Part shown: in pieces, positions 22,781 to 32,233 of the stretch
How positions within the stretch are numbered: the first letter of the stretch is position 1
How the letters are laid out: every line of letters begins with the position of its first letter
Translations under genes and position numbers: made by a program
Virus record (IMG/VR): IMGVR_UViG_3300035051_000028
Strand: one strand, 5' to 3'
DNA: 35,489 nt
From: a virus
Notes under the pieces: generated by a model
Told to the model about the DNA's origin: nothing
Database searches by the model: none
What the model saw: only the letters and a program-made list of their open reading frames with translations

Positions 22781-22804
22781 GAAAGGATTGTTTAATGAGT
22801 AAGA
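22781..22804 (+). repeat. Start-junction cassette B, copy 2
   Basis: gaaaggattgtttaatgagtaaga. This copy is intergenic up to the ATG, whereas copy 1 lies inside the upstream coding region. Confidence 0.85.
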
Positions 22805-23127
22805 AAACAATAAAAAGATTAGCATTTAAACGATATGTGACAAATAAGTGTCATGATAACTACTACTTTTTAACCAAACACATGAACGACGCTACACTTG
22901 CGCTTGCTTTATCTCTTACGGAAAATCAAAGAACACTTGAGAATTGGGTTGTTTTTATAGCGAGAGACTTGTTTATGCTTCCTACCAAAGGGGATGCAAA
23001 TTTTTATAAAATTGGTAAAACAATGTGGGATTTTTTCAGATTAACAAATAATATAATAAATTATATGTTTTACAAATGCGGAATTAAAAGAGAAGATAGA
23101 GATTTAGAGAGGTTTCTTACGGCTTAA
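22795..23127 (+). CDS. Hypothetical protein; last gene of the right-early operon
   Basis: 110-aa ORF. Its 3' end overlaps the convergent endolysin gene by 11 nt. Confidence 0.55.
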   Translation: MSKKTIKRLAFKRYVTNKCHDNYYFLTKHMNDATLALALSLTENQRTLENWVVFIARDLFMLPTKGDANFYKIGKTMWDFFRLTNNIINYMFYKCGIKREDRDLERFLTA

Positions 23128-23527
23128 AAAGTAAAACCTCATCTCTGTTGCGGACATCAATGTGTAACCATGTTATATCGGTTTCTATTCCTTTTATATG
23201 TGGAAACAGTTGTGGATTGCTTATTACAAAGCTTCTTACCTCATCGGCAGTGTATTGGCTAAAAACTGCGTCAATCGCTTTGCCGTATGAGTGCATACTT
23301 TTTAAAGAATAGTATTTGCTATTTGGAGTTCTTAGACCGCTCCATTGTCTATCTCCGCCCCAAAACCAATTATTTATTGTCATAGTTCCATGCGGAAAGT
23401 GTTCTTTTATTAAATCTATCACTTCGATTAAATTTGGATCAAAAATCTCCCATACTTTAGCATCTCCCATTTTCTCATAATCTTCTTTACTTACAAGTTC
23501 ATAGGCTTTGAAGTATTTTGATTTCAT
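23117..23527 (-). CDS. Endolysin, zinc peptidase M15 family (D-Ala-D-Ala carboxypeptidase-like)
   Basis: SMHSYGKAIDAV and WLHIDV form the H..D...H metal-ligand pattern. The start is placed at MKSKYF, with GGGGGA upstream. Confidence 0.7.
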   Translation of the reverse strand: MKSKYFKAYELVSKEDYEKMGDAKVWEIFDPNLIEVIDLIKEHFPHGTMTINNWFWGGDRQWSGLRTPNSKYYSLKSMHSYGKAIDAVFSQYTADEVRSFVISNPQLFPHIKGIETDITWLHIDVRNRDEVLLFKP

Positions 23528-23528
23528 A

Positions 23529-23858
23529 TTATCCCCCTTTTTTAACAACAAGAGAGCCGAGAGCTACCATAACCATTGTTGCAATAGTCCATCCGACCCT
23601 ACTTTTTGCCTTATCAATTTCATCAATTCGTTTGCGTTCGATATCTATATCTTTATAGATTCGTTTTAGAGTCTCTGTCTTGGCACGTCTGTCTTCTTCT
23701 TGAGCTTGTCTGAGTAAGCGGATATCTGCCATTATTTCGTTTTGTTTCTCTAGAGACGACTCCATTTTAGATAGTATCTTACTAATCTGTCCTAGCTCTG
23801 CCGCTACTAGAGTGTAACTATTTTCTAATTTTGAGATTCTTTGCTCCGCTTCAACCAT
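23529..23858 (-). CDS. Coiled-coil protein with a C-terminal TM anchor (lysis-associated, spanin-like?)
   Basis: 109-aa ORF with a charged heptad-like region followed by WTIATMVMVALGSLVV. A strong GGAGGGAGAAGGA Shine-Dalgarno lies upstream. Confidence 0.45.
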   Translation of the reverse strand: MVEAEQRISKLENSYTLVAAELGQISKILSKMESSLEKQNEIMADIRLLRQAQEEDRRAKTETLKRIYKDIDIERKRIDEIDKAKSRVGWTIATMVMVALGSLVVKKGG

Positions 23859-23900
23859 ACTTCCTTCTCCCTCCGTTTTGTGTTTTTATTATAACATGTT

Positions 23901-24320
23901 TTATTTTATTTTTCTACTAACTAACCATCTCAAACCAAACACTCCAGCCACGATTCCCATAACTAGAAACATGTACCATTCCGGTGTTTTTGCTAAAGTT
24001 TCAAACCCTTTTAAAACAGCTTCTTGAGTTTGTGGAAAAAATGCAAGAATTAAAGGTAAACTAAACAGTATTGTAAGATACTCATCTTTCCAGCTAGTTT
24101 TCATGTCTTGCTGTGCATTTGTATCCCAATTAGCCTCTATCTGCATACCTTGCTTTGCTAACTCTGTAGCAACATCTATTTTTTTTAGATTTATTTCATG
24201 TTGTCTGTCTTTCTCTTTTGCATCAAGTTCAACTTTTAGCGTTTTTCGTTTTTGCCACTCTTCTAACGGTGCTTTTACTATATCTGTTATCGGACTAAGT
24301 ATTTCTTTGAACCAGTTCAT
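23901..24320 (-). CDS. Putative holin (charged N-terminal region plus C-terminal TM segments)
   Basis: 139-aa ORF with TM segments LTILFSLPLILAFF and WYMFLVMGIVAGVFGL. It sits in the lysis block. Confidence 0.45.
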   Translation of the reverse strand: MNWFKEILSPITDIVKAPLEEWQKRKTLKVELDAKEKDRQHEINLKKIDVATELAKQGMQIEANWDTNAQQDMKTSWKDEYLTILFSLPLILAFFPQTQEAVLKGFETLAKTPEWYMFLVMGIVAGVFGLRWLVSRKIK

Positions 24321-24329
24321 TTCGCTCTC

Positions 24330-24566
24330 CTACTTTATCAACTCTACCAACACAAGCAGAGCTGGAATCATTACCGTAAACATAATATCTTTAATGCCAA
24401 ATTTACCGTAATCTTTATAGTCATATACTTCTTTACCTACAGCAACTAACACAACTACACATAATGCTTTATACACACTAAATACGCTTACTAAAGCATA
24501 TATTAGTGTCCCATAAAAGCTATGTAGCAGTTTATCTTTGTCTATATTTGCTAGAAATTCCAACAT
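24330..24566 (-). CDS. Small multi-TM membrane protein (holin or antiholin candidate)
   Basis: 78-aa ORF with 2-3 hydrophobic segments. Confidence 0.45.
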   Translation of the reverse strand: MLEFLANIDKDKLLHSFYGTLIYALVSVFSVYKALCVVVLVAVGKEVYDYKDYGKFGIKDIMFTVMIPALLVLVELIK

Positions 24567-24609
24567 TCTATTTTCCTACTTAAACTTCAATGCTACTATA
24601 AATCTAACA

Positions 24610-24930
24610 TTAGCCATTAGCTACCTCCACTTTCCATTCATCTTTAATTTTTTGGATTTCATCTAACCAAACACTCTCTTCAATTTCCCCTCTTTGCACT
24701 TTAAAGAATAAAGGGTCTGTTATTTCACTATATAAAAAACCTCTTACAGCTTCATAACCAGCTTCAATCTCTTCATCTGTAATGTCATCTATATATTCAC
24801 CATCTTCTTTTTTTGTCAAAGGTCTGTTTACATCTGCAATAGTGTAACCAACTTCTTTATGCCAGTTGATTACTTCTGCTGTTAATCCATTTGTATATAC
24901 TGTTCCGTTTTCTTTAGTTGTTATCATCAT
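24610..24930 (-). CDS. Tail fibre assembly or chaperone-like protein
   Basis: 106-aa ORF immediately downstream of the fibre gene, with a DPLFFKVQRGE...WL motif. Confidence 0.45.
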   Translation of the reverse strand: MMITTKENGTVYTNGLTAEVINWHKEVGYTIADVNRPLTKKEDGEYIDDITDEEIEAGYEAVRGFLYSEITDPLFFKVQRGEIEESVWLDEIQKIKDEWKVEVANG

Positions 24931-24936
24931 CTATCC

Positions 24937-26109
24937 TTATTGATATATTATACCGTTGCCAGTTGGTGCATTAGCGGCTTGACTTAATACTGTTACAGTT
25001 GAACCAGTAATGTCTATAGAGCTTGCTTCTATTGTTGAACCGTCTTGTACTCTTATGCAATTTATTCCAGTTGTTTGGTTCCGTATTTTAGCACTATTAC
25101 AATTTATCTTTCCGCCTTGAGCAGCATTCACTCCACATACACCACACGCATCAGCATTGAGGGCATACACTGTTACTTCTGCATTAAAGCTGGCTGCAAC
25201 TCCATAATAACCTGCCCCACTACTCGCTGTCATATATCCATTTATTAATGCACTATTTGTTGCATGTATCCCACAACTACCCGCATTTATCACACCTTTA
25301 GCATTTCCTATATTAGCACTACTTCCAGCACCATGTGCATATATACCATCTTTATTTTCGGCAGTATTTCCTACACCAGCACCATAGTTCATATTGAACA
25401 GTGCATTTATGTATGGCAGAGTACCACCTTTATTTACACCAAAGGCAGGGTATCTACCTTCAAATGCAGTAGTCAGTGCAGTATGTGTAATAGTTGTCTC
25501 TGCATCTACACCAGTTATAGTTACCCATCCAAAGTCTAAGCCTCTAACTAGCACTTGCTCAGCCATTACAAAACCAGTTAGTAAACTGATTGTAGCTGTT
25601 ACTCCTGTGTTTTTGTATAATGGATATAAAGTACTCAAGTACTCTAATGCTTCATTAATAGTTGTATATTGTCCACCGCTACCAACCGTTACTGTTATAT
25701 CTGAAGAAACTCTAACTGCTGAACCATTACTCTCAATCACATTAGTAACTGACTGAGTAGCCTCATCTAAAACATCTTGCGTTATGATGCGCTTCCAGTT
25801 AATCCCGTCATTGACAGGCTCTATCTCATTTAAATCAGTTAGACTTATAAAAAATTCTCCGTTATGACGAATTAGTGAGCCTTCGTTGTATTCTGCTGTG
25901 GCATCTAGTGCGGTTGGGTCTTCCCAATCCCATACACCATCGTTTTTGTTTTTGTTCGCTGCTGCAAAAAGTTGTTTGAAAAGCTCGTTGTGCTCACTCG
26001 CTTCTACCGTTTGCCCATCGGCGTAACCGTCATTTTTTAAAAAGTCTGGTACTGGTTGCGTGTTCGTGTCATTCTTGTCATAACCGTCAATTAGTTCTGG
26101 GTTAGCCAT
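24937..26109 (-). CDS. Tail fibre / receptor-binding protein with a Gly/Ala/Asn-rich beta-helix-like C-terminal half
   Basis: 390-aa ORF downstream of the baseplate genes. It contains repetitive G.G/NA segments. Confidence 0.65.
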   Translation of the reverse strand: MANPELIDGYDKNDTNTQPVPDFLKNDGYADGQTVEASEHNELFKQLFAAANKNKNDGVWDWEDPTALDATAEYNEGSLIRHNGEFFISLTDLNEIEPVNDGINWKRIITQDVLDEATQSVTNVIESNGSAVRVSSDITVTVGSGGQYTTINEALEYLSTLYPLYKNTGVTATISLLTGFVMAEQVLVRGLDFGWVTITGVDAETTITHTALTTAFEGRYPAFGVNKGGTLPYINALFNMNYGAGVGNTAENKDGIYAHGAGSSANIGNAKGVINAGSCGIHATNSALINGYMTASSGAGYYGVAASFNAEVTVYALNADACGVCGVNAAQGGKINCNSAKIRNQTTGINCIRVQDGSTIEASSIDITGSTVTVLSQAANAPTGNGIIYQ

Positions 26110-26130
26110 TGTTTTTCCTTGTTTTAAATT

Positions 26131-26742
26131 TTACCATGTTTCTGGGTAAGCCATATTTCCGTATTGTGATATGCCATATCTAAACGGCTCTGTACCCTCT
26201 GGAACTGTACCTATAAAGTTTATACTAACCGTTAAAGAATTATAGCGTAAAACATATTCTATGATTTTTTTCTCTAAAAAGCTTAAATCTCTATGAACAA
26301 CTATGCCGAACTGACTCGCTTGATTAGAAAAACTTACTTTGCTATTTGTTAAAACAAAAAGTATATCCTCCCACTCTTGTATTGTCCCGCTAAAGTTCAA
26401 TCCTAATGCAAATACTCTCAACACTTTAGAATACTCTTTATCCGTCATAGGTCTGTATTCGCCGAGGTCTGCAAAAGAATAAGGAACAGTCCCATACTGA
26501 GAAAGCCCATATGTGAAAACTATCGGCTTCCCTTCTATTGTTTTTGGTAAAAGAGGACGAGGATACACACCTAAACTTTTACCGATTTCATCTAGTACAA
26601 TAGAATAATCAGAATCTAAGTTATTCATATCTTTAATTATTGCAAGGCTCTCTTCATCATAAGCAGTAAGAAATTCTAAAATATTATTAAAATTATCGCT
26701 ATCTCTGAATTTTGGAGTTATCCTTGTTTTTGGATTTATCAT
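26131..26742 (-). CDS. Baseplate/tail protein (P2 gpI / XkdU-like position)
   Basis: 203-aa ORF overlapping the baseplate J gene. Confidence 0.5.
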   Translation of the reverse strand: MINPKTRITPKFRDSDNFNNILEFLTAYDEESLAIIKDMNNLDSDYSIVLDEIGKSLGVYPRPLLPKTIEGKPIVFTYGLSQYGTVPYSFADLGEYRPMTDKEYSKVLRVFALGLNFSGTIQEWEDILFVLTNSKVSFSNQASQFGIVVHRDLSFLEKKIIEYVLRYNSLTVSINFIGTVPEGTEPFRYGISQYGNMAYPETW

Positions 26743-27851
26743 GCAAAGCTCACTAAAGTATTATTTGTCGCTAATTTTGTTTTATAATTTGGAACGATGT
26801 CTAAAGCTCCGCCGTCTAATGTTACAGATACTGCCGTAACGCCCTCTATAAAACAAACAGCTTCTACTTTTTGCTTATATAGTGTTTCGCCAATTTTGAG
26901 AGAGTTTATATACTCTGATACAAGATTTATAATATTACCCTCACCGCTCAAATCATCAAAGCTTGCATCTGTTGTTAGTGCAATAACTACTGTTACGCTT
27001 TGCTCAGTTGCACGGGTAAAATATACCGGATATTTTTGTCCTCTTTGAGAATTTACAATGATAGACTGCTCACCGAAGCTAGGATTTCCGTTTTGCATAA
27101 AGTCGTAAACCGTGTTAGCTACTTCGATGTCATTGCCACCGATAACAATAGCACTAAAGTATCTTGCAGGGATTTCTCCGTGCATAACTGCGTCTGTATT
27201 GTTGTCAATCACTTTAGCAAAAGATACACCATTTAAAAGCAATAGTGCAAAATATAAACCGTCTTTTATATGTGTTTGCTCCGTGCCAACAAGCTGTAAA
27301 CGCTCTCTTAAGCTCTCATCGCTTTCTTTTTCATAGCCGATTACTCCGCTCGTTGTATTTGTAGCGGTTGTGACACCTGCTATCTCAGATGTTAAGGCTA
27401 GAGTTTGAGCAGGGCAGGTTACTCCATAGTTTTCAGAGCTAACTGCGACCTGAGCCACACTGTCGGCAATAGTCACTTGATATTGAGTTGTAAATATCTC
27501 ATCATTCGCGGAGCAAGTGAAAGAAGTACCTTCTAAAATAATAGTGCCATTTACTCCCGTGATGCTTACGACTGCAACGGTCGGAACATTTAAGCGACGA
27601 TATACACCTTTACGCTCAGCATATTGGTCGAGGTTTATTCCATCTGCCATTACGGTATTGTTTACGAATGCAGCCGCTAGGTCTTGCTCGAAGCGTGTGT
27701 CTGCTTCGCTCTTGATTGCAATAAGCTCGCCTGCTGCACTTGATGGAGCCACATCGACATCGCCTGTTTTTTGAGTCCATAGTGTTGAGTTATCTAAGAC
27801 TGTATCTGCAAGGCTTCTCAGAACAACGCCGTTTTCTGTAATTACTGCCAT
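26739..27851 (-). CDS. Baseplate J-like protein
   Basis: 370-aa ORF. Its N-terminal pattern and its position after a gp25/W-like gene fit this call. Confidence 0.7.
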   Translation of the reverse strand: MAVITENGVVLRSLADTVLDNSTLWTQKTGDVDVAPSSAAGELIAIKSEADTRFEQDLAAAFVNNTVMADGINLDQYAERKGVYRRLNVPTVAVVSITGVNGTIILEGTSFTCSANDEIFTTQYQVTIADSVAQVAVSSENYGVTCPAQTLALTSEIAGVTTATNTTSGVIGYEKESDESLRERLQLVGTEQTHIKDGLYFALLLLNGVSFAKVIDNNTDAVMHGEIPARYFSAIVIGGNDIEVANTVYDFMQNGNPSFGEQSIIVNSQRGQKYPVYFTRATEQSVTVVIALTTDASFDDLSGEGNIINLVSEYINSLKIGETLYKQKVEAVCFIEGVTAVSVTLDGGALDIVPNYKTKLATNNTLVSFA

Positions 27852-28202
27852 TTATGCCACCTGTGTGAAGTTTTGGGTTTGGTTTTCTGTTGATGTCACA
27901 TCAAAACTTATTAAAAGTTCTCTCTGTGCATTTTGAGAAATTGCGAAATTTGTTAAAGTTTTGAAATATTGTAATGCTGATACTTTTGAGTAGTATTCGA
28001 TTTCTATCTCTGTAACATCCACGCTTTGCGTTCCGAGAATTTTACCCTCATAGTCGATTCCCATAGTAACATCATAAGGAAAATCAAAAGTCCAAGTATT
28101 TAATAAAAGTCTAACTTGCTGAAATAACAAATCACTCTCATTTGTGACTTTTTGCAAAGGTAAAACAATATCAAAGTTTTCATCTACGAGATAATCAATC
28201 AC
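27852..28202 (-). CDS. Baseplate wedge protein (gpW/gp25 or XkdS-like)
   Basis: 116-aa ORF with a GTG start. The call is by position. Confidence 0.5.
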   Translation of the reverse strand: MIDYLVDENFDIVLPLQKVTNESDLLFQQVRLLLNTWTFDFPYDVTMGIDYEGKILGTQSVDVTEIEIEYYSKVSALQYFKTLTNFAISQNAQRELLISFDVTSTENQTQNFTQVA

Positions 28203-28204
28203 AG

Positions 28205-28798
28205 TTAAGCCTTAAATGAATCTATTTCAGATTTCAAAGTTTCTAATTCTGTTTGTATTATACCAAAATTTGAAGAATTGACAGGAACACTACTAATAGA
28301 ACCAGCTGGAGCGCTAATTACAGTTAGCAATTGAAGTTGTACAGTTTCTTCTATTAATTGAGCAAGTAAATTGCTAAGCGTTGTTATCAGCTCAGCTGTA
28401 CTGTTTTGTATCTTAATCTTAGTTACATTTAAAGTTGTTACTTGTGTAAGTTTTAAAGGGTTTGCTAAAGTGTCTAAGCCTACTAAAGCAAAAGCATTTT
28501 CTAAACCAAAGTTTATTTCACTTGTTATCTCGTTACCGCTCAACCAATCAAGAGCTGAATCTTTTGTAAATACAATCAAAACCTCTTCGCCAACTTTTAA
28601 AGGAAATTGCAGATATTCTCCTGACCCTTGCAATGTGAACACGGGAATATCTGGCAAAGTAGTATCTCTTTGAGGTAAATATATATCTATACTATCTTCA
28701 TTTAGTACCTTAATTTCTCCGTAAGTTGAAGTTTCTAAAAGTTTTTTAAAGTCCTCTATCCGACCATTTACAAATCTTTCTAATCCGTCAAAATTCAT
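28205..28798 (-). CDS. Baseplate spike / central OB-fold protein (gpV / Mu gp45-like)
   Basis: 197-aa ORF. The motif G.I........I.V......LP.IPV...G.....FPLKVGEEVLIVF is typical of this family. Confidence 0.55.
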   Translation of the reverse strand: MNFDGLERFVNGRIEDFKKLLETSTYGEIKVLNEDSIDIYLPQRDTTLPDIPVFTLQGSGEYLQFPLKVGEEVLIVFTKDSALDWLSGNEITSEINFGLENAFALVGLDTLANPLKLTQVTTLNVTKIKIQNSTAELITTLSNLLAQLIEETVQLQLLTVISAPAGSISSVPVNSSNFGIIQTELETLKSEIDSFKA

Positions 28799-29673
28799 CT
28801 TAAGAATATCCCCGTAATGTCTGTTTTTGCTACTGCCGCAGTATTGTTATCAAAGGCGTGCGATATCTCAATTACTTTATAAGTACCCTCGCCGCTAAAT
28901 CGTGCTTTGTTAGCTCTATTTGTAGTCAAGTTTCCAAAAGACTGATTATAACTTTTCGCTTGCAGTTCTATTGTCCCGCCTATTTGAACATCTGTATTTA
29001 TTCTCACACTCGCACGGCATCCTTGCTCGTTTATTTGAGGTGGTGCTAAAAACTCTGTTAGAATTGTATTTTTTGGAATAGCCGAGCCTTTTGGAAGTAT
29101 GTTTAATTTCTTGTTATCTATAAATGTATCGGCATCAGGTAAGCAGTCTTTGATGAGTTTTTTAATGTTTTCTATAACATTACCCTCATATAAAACACGT
29201 TTCAAAATAGATTTACTCCCACAATTATTTCTTAGTGCTTGTATATCAAAATCGTTTAATCCTACATCGGTTAGACTATCGAAAAGTTTATCTAAAGCAC
29301 TGCCTCTCGAATCGCCTTTTTTAGTTTCAACTTTTGCGGTTTTTCTAAAGGCATTATAACCCTCGTTTGCATAGATGGTTGTCTCCCAATTTCCGACATT
29401 ATAAGTATGTCTCACATTTACGATATCGCCGTTAAAAAAAGACTTATTATCCAAAGTAGCATTTATATTAAATTCTGATTTATCATCTTCGTATATGCTA
29501 CTAATGAAGTCTCTTGACTCTTTTGCTAATCCAAAAATCGTTATATTTGCAATGTTTGGCGTAGCTGATAAAGTCTTAATTGCTTCGATATTAAAGTGCA
29601 AGTCTTTAAATACTTTTGTGTCTTTTTTGCTCGTTATTGTTACTACAATGTCTCTTGTTGAGAATTTAGCCAT
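28795..29673 (-). CDS. Baseplate hub / late control D-like protein
   Basis: The start is placed at the ATG at 29673 (MAKFSTRD), which overlaps the upstream stop. The protein is 292 aa. Confidence 0.5.
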   Translation of the reverse strand: MAKFSTRDIVVTITSKKDTKVFKDLHFNIEAIKTLSATPNIANITIFGLAKESRDFISSIYEDDKSEFNINATLDNKSFFNGDIVNVRHTYNVGNWETTIYANEGYNAFRKTAKVETKKGDSRGSALDKLFDSLTDVGLNDFDIQALRNNCGSKSILKRVLYEGNVIENIKKLIKDCLPDADTFIDNKKLNILPKGSAIPKNTILTEFLAPPQINEQGCRASVRINTDVQIGGTIELQAKSYNQSFGNLTTNRANKARFSGEGTYKVIEISHAFDNNTAAVAKTDITGIFLR

Positions 29674-29926
29674 CAAGCACCGCCGTGAAAGATGATATGT
29701 TTTGAGCATTTGCATAACTTGCACTATCAGAAGACGTGAAGCGAATGCCCGTTCCGTAATTATAGCCAGTCACTACTTTGTTGTGCAGTCGGATTAAATC
29801 GCCGTTTGAACTAAATAAATCAAAATAAAAGTAATCTGCATCTGTGTTATATTTGAATTGCAGTTCATAATTAGCTGTTTTGATTGAGTTGTTTGTGTAG
29901 GTTAAGTCTAATTTTACATTTATCAT
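29666..29926 (-). CDS. Small tail protein
   Basis: I prefer the ATG at 29926 (MINVKLDL), which has GGAG 8 nt upstream, over the GTG at 29938. Confidence 0.5.
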   Translation of the reverse strand: MINVKLDLTYTNNSIKTANYELQFKYNTDADYFYFDLFSSNGDLIRLHNKVVTGYNYGTGIRFTSSDSASYANAQNISSFTAVLDG

Positions 29927-29928
29927 TT

Positions 29929-30435
29929 TTAGCTCCACAGTCCTAAATCAGGCGAAAAATTAGCAGTCGTTCTCGCTTCATCGCCGTTCTCTTGCTTTTC
30001 CATAATTGATACGGTTATTTGAATACCCATCGCGCTTGTTTCAGTCCAAGAGAAATTTTCACAATAGAAGTCTTTATATATAGAATATTTCGTTTTTACC
30101 GTAACTAGACCGCCTTTATTTGCCTCTTCTTCCATTTTTTGAAGTTGCTTTTTTACATTTCCCTCGACCAAATTTAGCCCTGTGCTGTTTGCTAAAGTTG
30201 TATAAACTCTATCATCTATTACGCTCTGTGGGTTGTCTGTGACCCATATCTTGAATGTTGTTCGTATAGGGAGTTGATGCTGAGCATCTGTAATGTTATA
30301 TCCTTGCTCAACTGGATGAGAGGTTATCATTCTTGAATTAGTAGTAGATACCTCTGTTATACCATCTACGCGAATAGACTGATTTCCGATTGTAAGCTCG
30401 TTAGGGACTAAACTTGAAAGTGAAAATAAAGGCAT
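29929..30435 (-). CDS. Tail protein downstream of the tape measure gene
   Basis: 168-aa ORF with a TAATG overlap to the tape measure gene. Confidence 0.5.
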   Translation of the reverse strand: MPLFSLSSLVPNELTIGNQSIRVDGITEVSTTNSRMITSHPVEQGYNITDAQHQLPIRTTFKIWVTDNPQSVIDDRVYTTLANSTGLNLVEGNVKKQLQKMEEEANKGGLVTVKTKYSIYKDFYCENFSWTETSAMGIQITVSIMEKQENGDEARTTANFSPDLGLWS

Positions 30436-31883
30436 TAGAAGCCACCTCTCTGTGCTGATTTGTTTAGTTCTTCGTTCATTACTCTTCTAACCGCCTCGGC
30501 TGTTGCTTCTGGATTTTGTGAGCCGTCAATTTGGAAACTAATATTATTATTCATTACTGGTTGAGGTGTAGATTGCTCACCACCGCCAAAGAAATTTTTA
30601 GTTCCCTCCCAAGCGTCACCTGCAAAATCTCCAATGCTTCCACCGATATTAGAAGCAGATTCTACAACACTATTAAACTTCGCTACAAGATCGTCAATCC
30701 ACTTCATTAAATCTTGCCACCCTTTCGTAACCTTTTCGATTCCGTACATCATCCAGTCATAAAGATTAGTCCATCCATCATAAGACATTTTTAGAAGCTC
30801 TATAAATCTATCAAGAGGATTACCTAATGCCAACAAAAAGCCTCGTGCGTCTTCTGCTCCTACTCCTATAGCGTCAAAAAAATCCCCAATATAAGACTCT
30901 TCGCCATGTAAAAAACTCATAACTTCGTCAAAAGCTAGATATAAAGCACCAACAACTAGTATAGCTGGGAGCATAGCGGCGATTGTTTTATATTTTATTG
31001 CGGCAATTGCTGCACCTAAAGCGATTGCGGCTTTTTCCAACCCGCCAAACAAATCAACAAGTTTGATAAAAGGCTGTGAAAGTCTTGTAATCATACTAAA
31101 GATAAACTCGCTTGCTTTTGCAACTGCTTCAAAAATCTTAGTAATAACTTCACTAATTTTTTTCATATTTTGAGAGGCGAATTTATTAAATGCTTTTATG
31201 GCTGGGTTAATAGTATCGTTAAGCATCTGAGAGCTAACCTTATTTAATATACCCGTTGTTATAGTAGATGCTCTTTGCCAACCACTCATAAAGTCTTGAG
31301 AACTCTTTAACATATCTTTAGTAGATACTCCGCCAAGTGCTTCAAGTTCTGCACCTAAAGCACCTAAGCCGTCGCTTCCTTGTTGTAAAGTCTGTAAAAG
31401 TTGTGGAGAGATTCCAACACGACTCATAAGATCTATCGCCTCAGTGCTTCCTAAGTCTTTAACAGAGTCACTTATAGCTAAAAGCAAATCGGCTGTATTC
31501 TCGTACTCATTAGGATTAACGCCTAAGCGACCCCACGCTTCAAAATCGCCCTTGCCTCTTAAAAGTTCTTCTTGCTGTTTAGCCAAAGAGCCTAAAGAGC
31601 TTGTGACATCGTCCATCGTTGCACCGTTGTCTTCTGCTGCAAATGTTAGTTTCTGGATTGATTCGGTTGTAGCATTTACTCGCTCAGATGTTTTAATGAG
31701 ATTGTCTGTACTTTGTGCATAACTCTTTGACATTGCAAAAATAGCGGCACTTGCAGCGGATACAGCGGCAGTAGCAACTGCGAATGACTTAACGGTTTGA
31801 TTTATAGAAGCGTCAAGATTTTTGAAACCTATTTTGTCCCATGCCAAATCAATACTATATACTAATTCGTCAGTTGTAGCCAT
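30435..31883 (-). CDS. Tail tape measure protein
   Basis: 482-aa ORF, alpha-helical and Ala/Leu/Gly-rich with hydrophobic central segments. It follows the frameshifted chaperone pair. Confidence 0.8.
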   Translation of the reverse strand: MATTDELVYSIDLAWDKIGFKNLDASINQTVKSFAVATAAVSAASAAIFAMSKSYAQSTDNLIKTSERVNATTESIQKLTFAAEDNGATMDDVTSSLGSLAKQQEELLRGKGDFEAWGRLGVNPNEYENTADLLLAISDSVKDLGSTEAIDLMSRVGISPQLLQTLQQGSDGLGALGAELEALGGVSTKDMLKSSQDFMSGWQRASTITTGILNKVSSQMLNDTINPAIKAFNKFASQNMKKISEVITKIFEAVAKASEFIFSMITRLSQPFIKLVDLFGGLEKAAIALGAAIAAIKYKTIAAMLPAILVVGALYLAFDEVMSFLHGEESYIGDFFDAIGVGAEDARGFLLALGNPLDRFIELLKMSYDGWTNLYDWMMYGIEKVTKGWQDLMKWIDDLVAKFNSVVESASNIGGSIGDFAGDAWEGTKNFFGGGEQSTPQPVMNNNISFQIDGSQNPEATAEAVRRVMNEELNKSAQRGGF

Positions 31884-31915
31884 ATCGTGCCTTTACTTTT
31901 TGTAATTATAGCATA

Positions 31916-32233
31916 TTAATCAAACATCATTTTAAGCTGTTCTTCGGTGAATCCCATGTCCGATACATTACGACTTCGAACATTACTCAACTGCGATTTT
32001 ATTTTGTCTGTGTTTTGCTTTTTGGACTTTTTGTTGATCTGTTTATTCTTAAAAGCGACTAAAGCCTCTAACCTTTTGAAGTCAAAGTAGTTCATATCTA
32101 AGAACTCGCTATAAGAAATAATCCGTTCAGAGATAAGTACGCACCCCCTAAAATATAGAGGGGTCATTCCACTCTCTTTGAAGAACTCTATCGCTTCGCT
32201 ATTCTCTGTGGCTTTGTCGCTTGTGGCTTTCCC
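31916..32233 (-). CDS. -1 frame extension of the tail assembly chaperone (gpGT-like fusion; total 190 aa when joined to 32234..32487)
   Basis: The -1 frame is open from the slippery site to the TAA at 31916. The downstream ORF lacks its own Shine-Dalgarno context. The frame offset of 320 nt is 2 mod 3. Confidence 0.7.
   Translation of the reverse strand, partial: GKATSDKATENSEAIEFFKESGMTPLYFRGCVLISERIISYSEFLDMNYFDFKRLEALVAFKNKQINKKSKKQNTDKIKSQLSNVRSRNVSDMGFTEEQLKMMFD

Noticed and set aside
25045-25756. Three plus-strand ORFs (60-120 aa) inside the tail fibre gene, and similar ones inside the baseplate J and hub genes (26797..27774 and 28371..29695)
   Set aside because: They are shadow ORFs antisense to long, well-supported structural genes, with no start context.
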